Shown piece by piece: positions 1 through 12,654 of a stretch of DNA of 64,000 bases (position 1 is the stretch's first letter; every line of letters starts with the position of its first letter). The notes beneath the pieces were generated by a model. The model ran no database searches. It saw only the letters and a program-made list of their open reading frames with translations, and was not told the DNA's origin. The DNA is taken from positions 248,001 through 312,000 of the forward strand of contig JAQGDQ010000138.1 of the NCBI GenBank assembly GCA_030141605.1, in the 5' to 3' direction. Source of the DNA: Tubiluchus corallicola. Lineage: Eukaryota; Animalia; Priapulida. The position numbers and the translations under genes were made by a program.

Positions 1-345
1 AAATTGCTGCCAAATGATATGGGAGCCATTGACGACAGCACCATAACCGTAAATATTACTATTACTGTCATTATCACTAGATGTTTCCGTCACTTTATTT
101 GACAAATAGTGGCTGAAATAAGTTAACATAATTATGTGACCATTCAAGCTCCTGTTTGTCAAACAGAAGGTCGTACCATTCCTTGAATATTCAAGTGATA
201 TGTGACCATGAGAAAGAAGTAACTGACGCCGTATCCAAATGGCCAGGCATCGCCCACAATAGCTTTATTGTAGCTGAATCAGCTAATGTGGGAAAATTCG
301 ACCAAGGAGAATTAAGAGATGCGTAGTTACAAGATGAATTACTTG
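1..345 (+). mobile_element. Degenerate PIF/Harbinger (HARBI1-like) DDE transposase fragment
   Basis: Plus-strand translation gives LPNDMGAIDDS, then after a low-complexity insert IQAP..NRRSYHSLNIQVICDHEKEVTDAVSKWPGIAHNSFI. This matches the Harbinger motifs GAIDGTH, NRKxxHSxNVQxxCD and WPGSxHDS. Frameshifts and stops are present. Confidence 0.75.
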
Positions 346-863
346 ACGTACTACAAAAATTTATATGAATCCAAAGATACATTTGTTGACATCTTTTAAT
401 ATTTTCTCTAAAACAAGTTAAAAGTTCTGACTATTTCGATTATTTCCTACAACGGAAAAGTAAAAAATATGTTAATGAAATTTTATTGAGCATTTATTTA
501 TTGTAAAATTTACAACTTGCATATTCACTGCATACACCACGCAGTTTCTGAAAATACAGTGTAATAACAAAGCAAAAAAGCACGCTACACGCTTGCACGA
601 AATTTGTGAATGCACTTTTGTAGCTACGCCTACATGCGCATCAAGTTGACCGAAGTATAGAAGCTAAACTATAATTTCGATTGTATGATGTGACGAGAAA
701 TTTGAGAGATTTTTTTCTAGATGATCCTGTACAAAGTGCGTGCTTTTAAATTCTATTTATTAAAAAATCGTGATTAATTTTAAGAAAAACAGCGATTTTT
801 TAATACTTATGCATTTGTCGAAGCAACAAAAGCCGGTGCACGCCATCAGGCTTATGGTGATGC

Positions 864-2222
864 TCAACTAACATTGTCGATATCACTTTCCTGCATATCA
901 GGGCCCGGGTTCTGCTCTTTCTTTCCACGGCTGTACAATGTTTTTTCGTAATTTTTTTCTTAATTGTATTTGTGAGAAAGCACGTAGAAACACCAAGTGA
1001 AGTCACCCGCTATTAAAGATAACAAATTAAAAAAACCCAAAAAACACGTTTTGTGAGGTCGAGTAATTGCGCGATTTCAAAAGGTGAAAATGTCGTTAAA
1101 CAAATTAAATTAAACACTTTCTGTTTGCATACATTGAAGATAAGCCTCTAATCTATTCTACATGTAAGATCTAAAATTAAAATTTAAATTAAATTAAATT
1201 TAAAATTAAATTACATGCTTTTTAACAGTTTTTTTTGTATTTATGGATAGCAAATGTTATATGACACGATAATATATAAGTATTTGCTGAAATACAGGTA
1301 AAATTGCATAATACGACTGTCTTATCTGAAATACATTTTTGTGAAATTACGTTGTGACTGTACAAGTAATGCAGCAGTAACAACAGTGCTATGGCGCAAT
1401 AAACACTCCCTGGAGACTTTGTGCAATATTGACTGTTTGGCTTGTAGTGCGGTGCTGTATGCCACCTCACCATGTACAGTACCACTTGTGTACCCCCCCT
1501 GTGCGAAGCCATACTGTGTAACACATCGCCGTGCCCGCACAATCATGCACCGCATCGTCGAGCACCGCGTCATTGTGTACCACAGGGCGATACACAAATG
1601 CGTGGTACACAACGAAGCGGTACATGACAAGTCGGTACACAGTGCTGCGGGACATAGCGAGGCGATATGCGACCCATCGTACAGTCGAATGTGCAGGAAG
1701 TGTCACAGCGTTGCTGTTACCAATGGCTTACCAACACGTTTTGATGTTGTAGCCTGCCTGTTTTGATGATACAAGCTACACCACGTAGCATAAAAGACTT
1801 ACCTACTATATATGCAAATATGATTTTATGTACGCATTTTATGGCACTAAATTAGTAAATCGGTATGCGCTGTGTTTTGTATATTTGGCTGAGTGCTTCA
1901 AAATTCTTAACAACTTCTTTTATGTTTCTACTTGCCGAACATGCCTCATTGCGTTATTTAATATTTGTGAATATAATATAGGTTTTCTTCTAAAAGAATC
2001 AATAGGTTTTATCAAACGTGTTGACAAGAAAAATTGAAATTCCGTATTTGAAGTTCCAAATTTGAAAAATCGAACATTGCATAACCAAAGCAATGGCAGA
2101 TGAACCATTAAGCAGATATAAAGCCCATCAAACAAGTGAAACAGCTTACCTTGTGCGTGAACAGCAGTAATAGCGATGAGAGCCAGCAGACCCAAGAAAA
2201 CAAGACGCTCTGCAGTTGTCAT
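864..2222 (-). CDS. Small spliced secreted-peptide precursor; exons 2150-2222, 1732-1753 (or to 1802/1805) and about 864-930
   Basis: ATG at 2222 follows an acceptor (tttttcctgtAG at 2243-2244). The first exon encodes signal peptide MTTAERLVFLGLLALIAITAVHA-Q and ends at CAAG|GTAAGC. A second donor TTG|GTAAGC lies at 1731 and an acceptor tgtacAG at 931. The middle-exon acceptor is ambiguous. Confidence 0.55.
1440..1690. repeat. GC-rich degenerate 5-bp/15-bp periodic minisatellite
   Basis: Units such as tacacaaatgcgtgg tacacaacgaagcgg tacatgacaagtcgg tacacagtgctgcgg, with 15-nt register over a 5-nt base period. Confidence 0.7.
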
Positions 2223-2924
2223 TTCAGAACTGTCAGTTTTTCCTACAGGAAAAAATTAAATTAAGAGAAGTTATTTTGTTGATTTTTACATGTATTCATA
2301 AATGCAAGATTTTCTAGTGCTTTGTGGCCAACAACGTAATAATATCCATCGTTAGCGACATAATTCATTGAGTTGTTCCAAATATTGAATCAATCAACGG
2401 GTGAATGATTTACTAAAAATACAAGACGATCCGCAAAAAGAAATTAAGAATGCATGACGTTGATGAACCTTGTAATTATAGTTTTGATACCTAATTATCG
2501 CGCTAGTTTTCATTATAATAGGACACTGTCTATTTGAAAAATGAAGAAAATAAACAACACAACTGCAGAAGTATAAAATGGACAATACAAAGGAAACTGG
2601 ATGTACACTATTTAGCTTGTGGATCATGCATGAAAAAGTGACGAATTCAAATTTCATTGAACTGTCACGCACAATGGTATTGAAACACATTTTTAATTAA
2701 TTAATGCAAAACAAAAGCTGTCACTTAAAGCATCTCCTGTCACTGAAGCAGTATCTTACCACAGTGAGATTGTAAAATTGATTTTCTATAAAGTTTCGCT
2801 GCAACGCTAACAGTGATCCTTTAATCATTTGAAAAAAGCTTTCGAAACAAAATTTGTTTGTAAAAGTGTCGTTGTTCTTATTGTCATTATCGTGTCATTG
2901 CTCCATTACTGTAGATGCTTTTGA

Positions 2925-3030
2925 TCATCATAATGATGTTACATCATCATCATCATCATCATTATCGTCACCATCATCATCGCCATTACCATCATCATCA
3001 TCATTAACATCATCATCATTATCATCACCA
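2925..3030. repeat. (CAT)n microsatellite, imperfect
   Basis: Runs of catcatcatcat are directly visible. Confidence 0.9.
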
Positions 3031-3709
3031 TAACTGTCTCACTATTAATTGTATTTCACATGTATTGCAGTTACAAGGGATTAGCTGTTAAGCACATACA
3101 AAAAAATTCTTGAAGTCTTACTGTAGAATCAAAGTCTAGTACTATTTTAGTTAATAATTATATTAATCCGCTTAGATTACTAACACTTTAACACAAACAT
3201 CTAAGTGATATGCGTAGCTATACCTTTTCTAAGATATCCGATGGCACTTGCTCCTCGCGTCACAAGACTTGGAAACTAAAAATTGCTATTAGCCTATCTG
3301 AATATTTATAGGGACCTGTTCATGAAGTTCTTAACCAAGCATATCTGTGCTGGGGCTACATTATTTAACCTCAAAAACAAGATCGCCTGTATTTAAAAAA
3401 AGAGTTTCTGCTTTTACAGACGCAGGTCATTGTTCGCAGTTGTACACACTAATGTCAAATCTATTATGACTGCAACTGAAAAACCTAGTCTCGACGTCAA
3501 ATTAGTAAGAATTAATGACTTCTACAAAGTGCTCATATAATTACATAGACACTACCGGGTGTAGAAGGTAACAAGAGCCGACCTTTTTTTAATTCAAACG
3601 ATTATTTGTTTTGCATATTCTTCTATATTCTGACAGCATGGAAAAATGCGTTTTAATAATACATGTTACAGTCGTGTTATTACAGGCAGTTATAACACTG
3701 ACATATAAG

Positions 3710-4032
3710 TCAATCTAATTAAACCATTCAGTTAGTTGGCTAATTATGTACTTAGTAGGTTGGAGATGGCTTAATACTTATAATATGTCAGTTAGTTGGG
3801 CAGTCAGTCATTCAACCTGCCAACCATTCCAAAGTTAGTCAATTCATAATCAATCAATCTATTATTACCTAAGTAATCCTTGAATTCTATGCCCTCAGCT
3901 TTTACTGAGTGTGTGAGTCAGCCAGCCAGCCAATCCTACAACATCAGTCAGCCACGTAGTCTACCAGTATATATATATACGTATAACGTATAACGTATAT
4001 ATGTATATATATATATATATATATTTATATAC
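3710..4032. repeat. Degenerate tetranucleotide (AGTC/AATC-like) tract followed by (TA)n
   Basis: cagttagttgg, cagtcagtcattc and gtcagccagccagcc, then tatatata at 3968-4030. Confidence 0.7.
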
Positions 4033-4110
4033 GTCAGGCATTCCTGTAGTTTTAATAAAAAACACTGCACATAAAACAATGATTCCCAACTTAGTTGGCA
4101 ACTAGCAATA

Positions 4111-4300
4111 TCATTAATTAATTATGACTGTGATTGCCAGAATCTGAGTTGGAGAACAAGACACTGAAAAATTGCGGATCAGCCAGCAATTTTTCAGCGT
4201 CTCCTTTCTTCAACTCATTACCCGCAATGGATATTAATTGGTAAAATAAACCGCAATGGTTGGTAAACGTCTAGCAATCACAGTCATAATTAATTTATGA
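4111..4300. mobile_element. Palindromic MITE with 31-bp terminal inverted repeats and an internal hairpin
   Basis: Left end tcattaattaattatgactgtgattgccaga versus reverse complement of the right end tcataaattaattatgactgtgattgctaga (29/31 identical). Internal inverted repeat ctgaaaaattgc / gcaatttttcag. Confidence 0.75.
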
Positions 4301-4831
4301 AAACAATGATTTACCGAACATTTGCGATAATTCTTACAACGCTGTACGTATATAATGCCGCTTTAGCGTTTTAATTGGTTTTGAATTGGACGATATTGTA
4401 ATACTTTTTCGAAAAAATAGTCTGTACATTTTATTAATTTTGACTTAGAAAATTGGCTTAGTTCGAATATTGTTAAAAATTAATATTCTGCATGAACGGA
4501 AGGCTATGTGAGATAAAAAAAGTATCAAACTGAGAAAGTAAAGAGTTTTCTTGTTATATTTTATATCATATCAATTAAATTTTAATCAATGTGTGATTTT
4601 TTTAAATTCTACACACGCCTTGTGCATTAGTATATGCTAGCGAAAACAGTAGTAACGACAACTACCCTTGCCACAGCGACAGCATCAGCAGCACTAGCAA
4701 CAAAGTACATCATAGTCACACTAGACTACGGGTCAACCATGATCCTAATCCACTCTGGAGGTAATTTTGGATACCTATTAAATGATATGCAGATCTGGCT
4801 GTTTGCTATCTGGTCATCAGTAATTCTAGCT

Positions 4832-5456
4832 CAGGGGTTCTCAACCGGGAGGGGGGAATGAGCCACCTCCAGGGGGAAACGAATGGGTGGAAAAATAAAA
4901 AATATGTAGAAAAGCAGAGAAAAGGCACAGAAAGCCTTCATAGTCAACGCAACACACCCTCCCGCTCAAGACGTTTACATCCGACCACGTGCCTGCCTGA
5001 GACAGCGGCACAGGGCGAGTAGCCCACTCACTGGCCTGACCACACATGGCAGTGAGCGAAGCGTGCGCTCTCTCTCTCTCTTGCTCTTGGTTAGCATACT
5101 ACAGACAAAATTAATTTGGTCGTGTTTTGCTCCTTTGTTTTGATTCTGCCCAGCGTTTTTTGATAAATGTATATACTCACTATTCTAATAACTGAGTGAC
5201 TGAGCAATGATTTGAGAGTGGCACTCTCAGTCACAACCCCCGACATCGAGAAAATCGTGTGCTCTCAACAGGAGCAAGAGTCACATTGAATGTGGTGACC
5301 ACAGATTGTATTATTATTCATGAATAAAAAAATGTTGAAATTAAAAAAAATTGAATTAAAAAAATGCATTTTTCCTTTTGTTTGTGGGCTAGGGGGAAAC
5401 GAGAATCAGCGGCCTTCAAAAGGGGGGAACGGGTCAAAAAAGGTTGGGAACCACTG
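4832..5456. mobile_element. Non-autonomous hAT (Charlie-type) element
   Basis: TIRs CAGGGGTTCTCAACC ... GGTTGGGAACCACTG. 8-bp target-site duplication ttctagct (4824-4831) / ttcttgct (5457-5464), one mismatch. Confidence 0.88.
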
Positions 5457-5705
5457 TTCTTGCTGTTAGAACAGGCATTCTGAATGTGTGGTCGTTCATA
5501 TAATTAAGATCAACTTGTTTGCTATTCTTCTTTGAACATCCAAACATTTAGTTTTTTTTTAGGTAAGGAGTCCATTTTCATAGTTCCAAAATAATTAATT
5601 ATTTACTTTTTAGCCAGCTACCTTGGCAGCCGTAATGATGAGTGAATCTGCCGCATCCACAAATTTGATTTCTGTGAATAATATTGTACTGACGCATGTG
5701 GTCAT

Positions 5706-5804
5706 TACGAAAGCGTATTAGGGCCATGACATCCGATTAGAAAAAATCTCGTTATAGCCAGATTTTTTTATAATCGGATATCATGGCCCTAATACGTTTT
5801 CGTA
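5706..5804. repeat. Near-perfect 99-bp palindrome (hairpin, mini-MITE)
   Basis: tacgaaagcgtattagggccatgacatccgatta pairs with taatcggatatcatggccctaatacgttttcgta; the loop is short. Confidence 0.85.
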
Positions 5805-6059
5805 GGTCATACATTTTTTGTCAAGAATTTAATACTATTTTACATAAACGTGGTTAAATAGAATCTCTAATAGATCATAATTCTTCAGCACTAACAATCA
5901 GTTAAAACTGCCCTTTGTTTAATGCAAGATCACTGAAAAATAAAGTTGCAAAATAAAGCTTTGTTACAAAGTGGGTCACTACGGTAACGTTTTATATTAA
6001 GAAAAACGTGGTTAGACGATAGCGTCCCTTCTGTGCTGTTTGGTTTGATTACAGTTTCA

Positions 6060-6510
6060 AAGTGTACCATCATGATCGAATTGGTTGTTAAGGTAGTGGA
6101 GTCGCTATCTTAGTGAAGTCATCGCTAACATCAGCCGAAGTCTTCTTGCCCACTGGTTATAATGACCACGAACTTGTAGCAATTGACGTTCTTGGCAACG
6201 CCCCTTCCAGACTTATTTATGCGTACATTCCACTTAATGCCGATACTAATTATATTGAGAACTTTTGTCATTGCTGTGTTCTGTAATGTACAATCGCCTT
6301 GTATTTTAGCTAGTGATTTTAGTTGCCCACGTTTTAATTAGCGGGATTTTATCTATCACCATTTTATGCAAACTTGCTAACTGCATTCAAGAGTCTGGTT
6401 TTAGCCGATTAATCACTGAACCAACTCGAGTTAATGTTTTAGACCTTGTATTTACTAACGATGAATTAAGTGCTAATGCACCGTTTTCATTATCTGATCA
6501 TTACTCTAGA
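6060..6510 (+). mobile_element. Degenerate CR1/L2-group LINE apurinic-endonuclease domain fragment
   Basis: Motifs DR..GSGVA, FRLIYAYIP, SDF, FSRLITEPTRVNVLDLVFTN and SLSDH, matching the APE consensus PTRxxNxLDLV...SDH. Frameshifted. Confidence 0.75.
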
Positions 6511-8278
6511 TTTGTGGGACGACCCTAAAAATCAATGTTAATGCAAACTTCGGACCAGTGTTTGGGCGTCGGACACTTTGTGAACATTCAAAAAGCTTAA
6601 ATATATTTATGTTAAAATAAAAATAAATACTATTAATATATTTATAATTCCACTGCATTCCGAGATTACACAACTTTCTCAGAATAGCGCCACACATATA
6701 ATCACAGTGATTATTAAAATAATAAGCATACACTGCATTATTTTGGTAGGACAATTAGTGCTAGAACGCCCCCCCCCCATCCTGTTCGTATACAGCTTAA
6801 AATTAGGTTAACACGAATCTTTCAATGTATCTTTATTTAGTTTTACCTGAGTCCGAGCCGATATCTCAATATGCGGTGAAACTTAAATGTTTGCTTGGTT
6901 TGTAGCAGTAGCAGCTTATATTGTAATGAATCTAGCAATGTATTATATAATAGCTATAGGTGTGGAATAATAGCTATAATAGGTGTGGAAATAAACTAAA
7001 CTAAGATAAAATAAAAGAAACTGCTTAAATTTGTCCAGTTTAAACGGTGAGTAATCCTGATTAGCTGATTACATTGACATGGGATGAAGTTCCTGTCAAG
7101 CCTAGGTTACCACATGTATAGTTCATAAAATAAAGTTTTAGTTATGTGAACTGGTTGCCAATGTTACTGTTCACCATAGCATTGATCAGAAGGCTAGACA
7201 GGAAAATGGTTTCCAGAAACCTTTGTTCTTGCAGTATGAATTGATAACAGTTAAAACACAGGAGACGAGAAGATTGTGTTCTTGCAGAAAGTTTTCGGGC
7301 GCTAGCGTTTAGGAAAAACATTGTGATTATTATTAGAACTGCATCTAAAATGAGTATATATATTTCCATAGCAACCTCGACTGACGATAAGGCCATAGAC
7401 CAATTGATAATTCTCTATTTCTCGCTTCTAATGCTTTGAGCAAGATGACTTCTTTATATCACTGCACTAAGCTGTTATACAACCATTCCCCTCTGACGAT
7501 GCAAACCTTGTGTCGATTTTTGAGCGTATCTCCAAATATAGCAAGTTCCAAAATTAGGTGGAGCAAGCACGTAAAAAGGCGCCGTTGTCCCCTTGCTCCC
7601 CTATTAGCTACGCCACTGATTTTTAGACAATGCCAGTGTACGGTTATCCTTGTGCTGCATGTTCTTACACAATTGATTTTCATTTGGAATCAAAAGCCTT
7701 ATTCTTTATTAATTTTAAAAAATTCATGTTTAATATTTTGGCAATTAACTGAAATCCAATTCGGATTACTTCAATTCTAATTTTAAATTTGCTGCCTGAA
7801 AAAACGTTAAGCAAGTTTTTATTTTGAGTGATTGATGATACCGGAAAACAATTTGAAGACAAGCGGTGACTTTTTCTAGGACACAGAGTCTGTGCTCTAG
7901 GCAAAAAGTGACACTTTGTCTGAAACTAGAACTACGCAATATAACAATGTTAGACCTAAAATCCAAAACCATTTTATTATTACAATTATTATTGTTAGCA
8001 GTCAGCAAACAAATAAAGAATACGTTTACAAATGTACTTATCAAATAGGTACACGAACTGTTACACAAGCAAATCGAAAATTTACAACCAAGTCAAAGAT
8101 GAGACACCGCCGCCAGTACCATCACCAACATCATGATCGTACATCATTCCTATCATCACTACTTCTACCATAAGCATTATCATCATTAACAATATCAGCA
8201 TCCATGATGACGTATAGTTTTGTTCTTGATTTCTAATTTCATCAGGTGACGCTGTTGATGTATGGAATGAATGGTTGA

Positions 8279-8963
8279 AGCACAAGAAAAAAATCCACTT
8301 ACATAAAGCTTTAAAAATTCGTGTTGAAATTTTATAGCACTTACTGCCTCTTTGTACACAGGGCTCGCGTCGGCAGCAACGCCATATAAAACATATAAAT
8401 TTAAACTCCCGCGATGACCGGTAGACGCAGCCATGTTATGACGATTAAGTCATTTGAAACAAGTTTTGGTAACACTGAGTAAAGTTTGAAAAAACAGTCA
8501 GAGCACTTGTAACACACTTTTCACTAACCAAGCAAATGTTTAAATTATTGTATCTTGTCAAAAATATTAAAAGTACGTTTTCTGGTTAGTGAGTGGTGCA
8601 CCCAGGAGGTGAGTCAACGCATTTTTACCAATTGGTGAAAACATTTTAAATAATTAATAATTTTCTTTTCTAGTTACCTAAGTCTTTCAAGCAGGTAAGC
8701 GAGATGCTAAGTAATATAACTTTGCATGGAAATTTTTTTTTTGACATGGTATAACATTTCTTTTTCTTTCCCTGATTTACGTTGTGTGTATATGATGTCA
8801 AGCAATGGCGCGGTCTGAACAGTAATGCGGGAGATTTAAAATGAAAACGCGCCAAAAAATGCTTTAAACGCGTGTGCGATATACGCATAAAATTGCTATA
8901 AAGTAATATAATTTTTTTAAGGCGATTTTTCTAAAACCTACTCCAGGTACCCTTTTTTGTCCT
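8279..8963. mobile_element. About 680-bp non-autonomous DNA transposon (Kolobok-like termini), copy 1
   Basis: Collinear with 21453-22129 along its whole length. Ends are AGCACAAGAAA ... TTTTGTCCT, flanked by a 4-bp ttga/ttga duplication. Confidence 0.8.
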
Positions 8964-9649
8964 TTGACACTTTTTCGTCCTTCACGCTATATAATGCAAC
9001 TCCTGGTGCTAATTTTGTTGCCTGATGCTCTCGGCGCTGCTTAATGCTCATCACTACGTTAGTATTGTCATAGGCAGAACTAAGTCATTGATTAGTCACA
9101 AGTAATTATGCAAATAATAGAATAAAATAAAGTAACAGGGTTCACTGCTTATACAATACAAGAAGCTAAATTACTTGATCGGTGATGTAAAATCAAGCGA
9201 AATCAAGTAACTCAAGCAAGGCAAGGGGAGTAGGGTTGGGTAAGGTAAGAAAGAGCAAGCTAAGGTGGATTAATAAAAAAATTACTAATTAAATTTGCTA
9301 AATTAAGCTTACAACATTACATAACAATTAATTATTAGAATAACAACAAACATAACAATGATTATACGCGTTGACAATATTATGCTGTTTTTAATACTAT
9401 TTTGCTCCGTTTGCCCTGATTTTAAAGCAATCTCTGACAAAGTTACAAATTAAACACGTATCATCATTTCTTAACATAAATAGATTTTTTTCATAATTGC
9501 TCGTAAGTGGGAAATTAGGAAATATTCTCAAAATTTAGTCAAATAAATATTTACGGTTGATATCCTACTTTTTACAAAATAATGTCAAAAGATCTTCATT
9601 TTCTGTATACAAATTATTACAGTATATACGTAGTCTTTGATAAACAGGT

Positions 9650-9910
9650 ATGTTAATATGCTTATGATGTCTTCCAGTTTCTATGGCAAGTGAACGTGAG
9701 CTTATGCGTAATTTACTAAATGCAATTTTTGCTTCTAATTTAATTATGCCGTGTAATATATATTTTTATACTTATGCATTCGTGTATTCTGTAAGTATGT
9801 TTTTGCACGATATATATATATATATATATACGTTTTTAACTTTTCATCTGTTTACCGGCTTTTGTTTAAATTTATATTTTATATGGCACCGAGTCTGAAA
9901 TAAAATGATA
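9650..9910 (+). mobile_element. Probable LINE (L2/CR1-group) 3' tail fragment
   Basis: T-rich UTR-like stretch ending tatggcaccgagtctgaaataaa, similar in form to the 3' end of the LINE at 12655-13260. Confidence 0.4.
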
Positions 9911-10299
9911 CACGCATATAAAACACAAATATGGGCTCCTATTAATTTGCATCCAACTGTGTCAACGTATCAGCTGTATCAGCAAACATTATAATAATTA
10001 TATTGAAGTAAACTTATAGTTGGAAACTTGGTCAGCTTTGTGGTTTTGCATACAAGAGATTTGTTCATCTGTTTCTTTCTACATAAGTAATGATACTAAA
10101 GAATATAAGCAATAACAAAGTAAGGAAACGATATACATTGCATCCTAGCGCCACACTGCGGCCGAATTTTAATAAATAGTGCACATTATTGTTGCCAGAC
10201 AGAGCGTATATCAAATATCTTAATACAGACGATGCTTTGAAGAGTGATTCAAATGTTCCTGTTTCTGGAGGAAATATAATAAAAAACTGCGAAAGGAAA

Positions 10300-10800
10300 C
10301 CAAAGTGGATTCAGGGTTATAGGAAAATGGTTAGCAAATGAGACCAGCTATTAACTGTACCTCTAACAATTTTAAAAAGGTGAACACATAACTTCATCTG
10401 CAATTTTGATCTCTGAAATGGAAAAGAAAATTAAATCCAACTTGCACCACGGCCCGTCATGCACCTCCTAGGGGAAATAACAGTTCTTTTTTATTTCGAT
10501 TTTTGCATTTCTAGCAATGATTCAGACAGATACGTTTTCAATGTCTCCTAATACGTTTAAATTGATGTTTGGCCAGTAAATGATCTGTCTTCCTCTACTT
10601 TTGCATTTTTGAATTGTAAAAACTGCCTGGTATACCATATAACAGTTAGCTAAAATGCTTATCATCCTCTTCATCAAACTTATCAAAAATTGTTTACGAT
10701 TGTATATGTATTCTAGGGCTTATAATACATTTTTCTTCAAGTGCCTTCATAAAGTTATTACTGAGTGAATTTCGCCCATTTCCTTCTACATTCTTTATGG
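10300..10800 (-). mobile_element. Degenerate Gypsy/Ty3 LTR-retrotransposon integrase relic
   Basis: Minus-strand IQKCKSRGRQIIYWPNIN..DIENV followed by EVHDGPWCK. This matches the integrase Zn-binding consensus KCKxRARxxxYWPxxxxDI and the downstream PxxPW motif. Confidence 0.6.
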
Positions 10801-11818
10801 CGCACTATAGGACAATAAGTTTGCATCAATATTATCATTGTAGTACCTCAGATAATTATCTAAAATGTACCTAACTGAGTTTGGATAAGACTGTCTATAT
10901 GTCGTCTGTTTGTTTGTCTGTCTGTCTACGTTTCCTGGTTATTTCTCCGACGCAGCTGATTCGATTCCAAACAAATCGCAGAACATGACAAAAATGGCCA
11001 AAAAATTTATAAAATTTTTCTAGCTTCAAAGTCTATCTCTTCCATAACCGGCGTCGCCATGGTAGTCTTTACAGAACTCCAGTGGCTGCCCGTAGTTAAA
11101 ATAAGTGGGGTTGCTGCTTCACAAAAAATTTTAGCCATTGTTTTAATACTGTGTAAAACGAAACTAACTATATAATTTTGATGTTGTAATCCGTATTTTA
11201 AACAAACAAGCATACGAAATTTTATACATAAACTTGATAAAATCCTAAACAAAAAATATTTTTTGCTTTTACTAATAGCCTAAATTGTCGCAGCTGGTGC
11301 TTGATCCATTCACGGTAAGCACGTGACAACTGACAACAAACTATGTGAGCGACAGTACTTTCTCTACCTAGCAGCAGACGCTAGCAGTGCAGCATGCACC
11401 GTTTTTTTCTCAGACACATGTGCATGGCCGCATGCGCACAACAGCCAAACACACCACTGTGCTGGGCTACGAATCGAACAGTACTACCCTCACGTGCTCT
11501 GGTTCCGTACAAGAAAAAACTAAAGAAAAAACTTATTATATTGAATATTATCGATAATATTGAGAGAAAACAGGGGATGTCGCAGTTCTACAGTACCTAT
11601 ACACAAGCCGCCACTGCGTAACTCGGTACTGTGGTTACCCAGTTATCTAAAAGCAGTTAGAGCCAACTTAATAATTATGCGACTGCGTACGCAGTTTACT
11701 ATTAGCCTTTTCTTTGAATTAAGCAAAGTAATTTTCTGCCCTTTTCTGAACTTGCATATGTATCATAAATTCATTGCTGGCGTAACGTGAAAGAATAAAC
11801 TATTTATGTCTGAATTAA

Positions 11819-12011
11819 GTGTCGTTTAACTAGCATCCGGAATGCGTATGCGTTATCCATCTGCGGATTAAAAATCAATAAGAAATAACTACAGAAAAGA
11901 ATTACGCATAATGCAGGTCTGATAAGCGGGTGCATTGAAAACAAGATAAACCGATTTTATCTATTCCTCCTTCATAACGCATACGCATTCCGGATGCAAG
12001 GTAAACTTCAC
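11819..12011. mobile_element. MITE with long TIRs and TTAA target-site duplication
   Basis: gcatccggaatgcgtatgcgttat / ataacgcatacgcattccggatgc inverted repeat, extending to ttaa at 11815-11818 and 12012-12015. Confidence 0.8.
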
Positions 12012-12654
12012 TTAATGGCATTACGGGCAAGCCTGAAAGCAAGTGTTTTACCACACCATTGGACCTAATACCCTGCCCTAGACGGCACCACTGTAGCCTA
12101 TCTAAGAACAGCGCACTGTGCCCTCATTTTTATTTATGAATGGACTACGGCGCTTCACTTCTACTTCCTACATTGAACCTATAATTAGCCTTCTATCAGC
12201 AGCAGACTTTCTATTTTTAGATCAACAGAATACTCAACCGCGGGGTGCCCGTGCAAGCGGGTGGCTTCTTCAAAGTGAAACTGATGTTTAGTAGATGAAA
12301 CGTTTCGTGCTTTGCAAGGTTTGTACCGTTGCACTATAGATACTAATGGTATAACTATTGTATAACAACAGCTCTCATTTTTATATGATTTCATTTTCTA
12401 TTTACGTTAGTAATGAACTTATAGTAATTACTCGGAGTTTACATCTGAATGGGTATGAGATTTTTCTTAAGTACCAGGCATATAATTCTATGGGTTGTAC
12501 GCAAACTTAACGAAAAATTAAAGATTCAATATTTTACTTAGTGTCATGTTTATGAAATCTGCACTGAATGATAAATAAACATGAGCTTAAAGTTTCATTA
12601 CTAATTTGCTGCGGTCAATACATAGATTTTGATGCCCAGACCTACATATAGTTG

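Noticed and set aside
1222-1766. Five overlapping ORFs up to 141 aa
   Set aside because: Explained by a GC-rich periodic repeat that is poor in stop codons; no domain, and it lies inside the inferred intron.
1920-2149. Unspliced continuation of the 100-aa ORF 1920-2222
   Set aside because: A strong donor CAAG|GTAAGC directly after the signal peptide indicates the rest is intron read-through.
10890-11480. (GTCT)n-associated Helentron/DINE-like element; similar hints at 20190 and 28900-29480
   Set aside because: Termini and subterminal inverted repeats could not be defined by eye.
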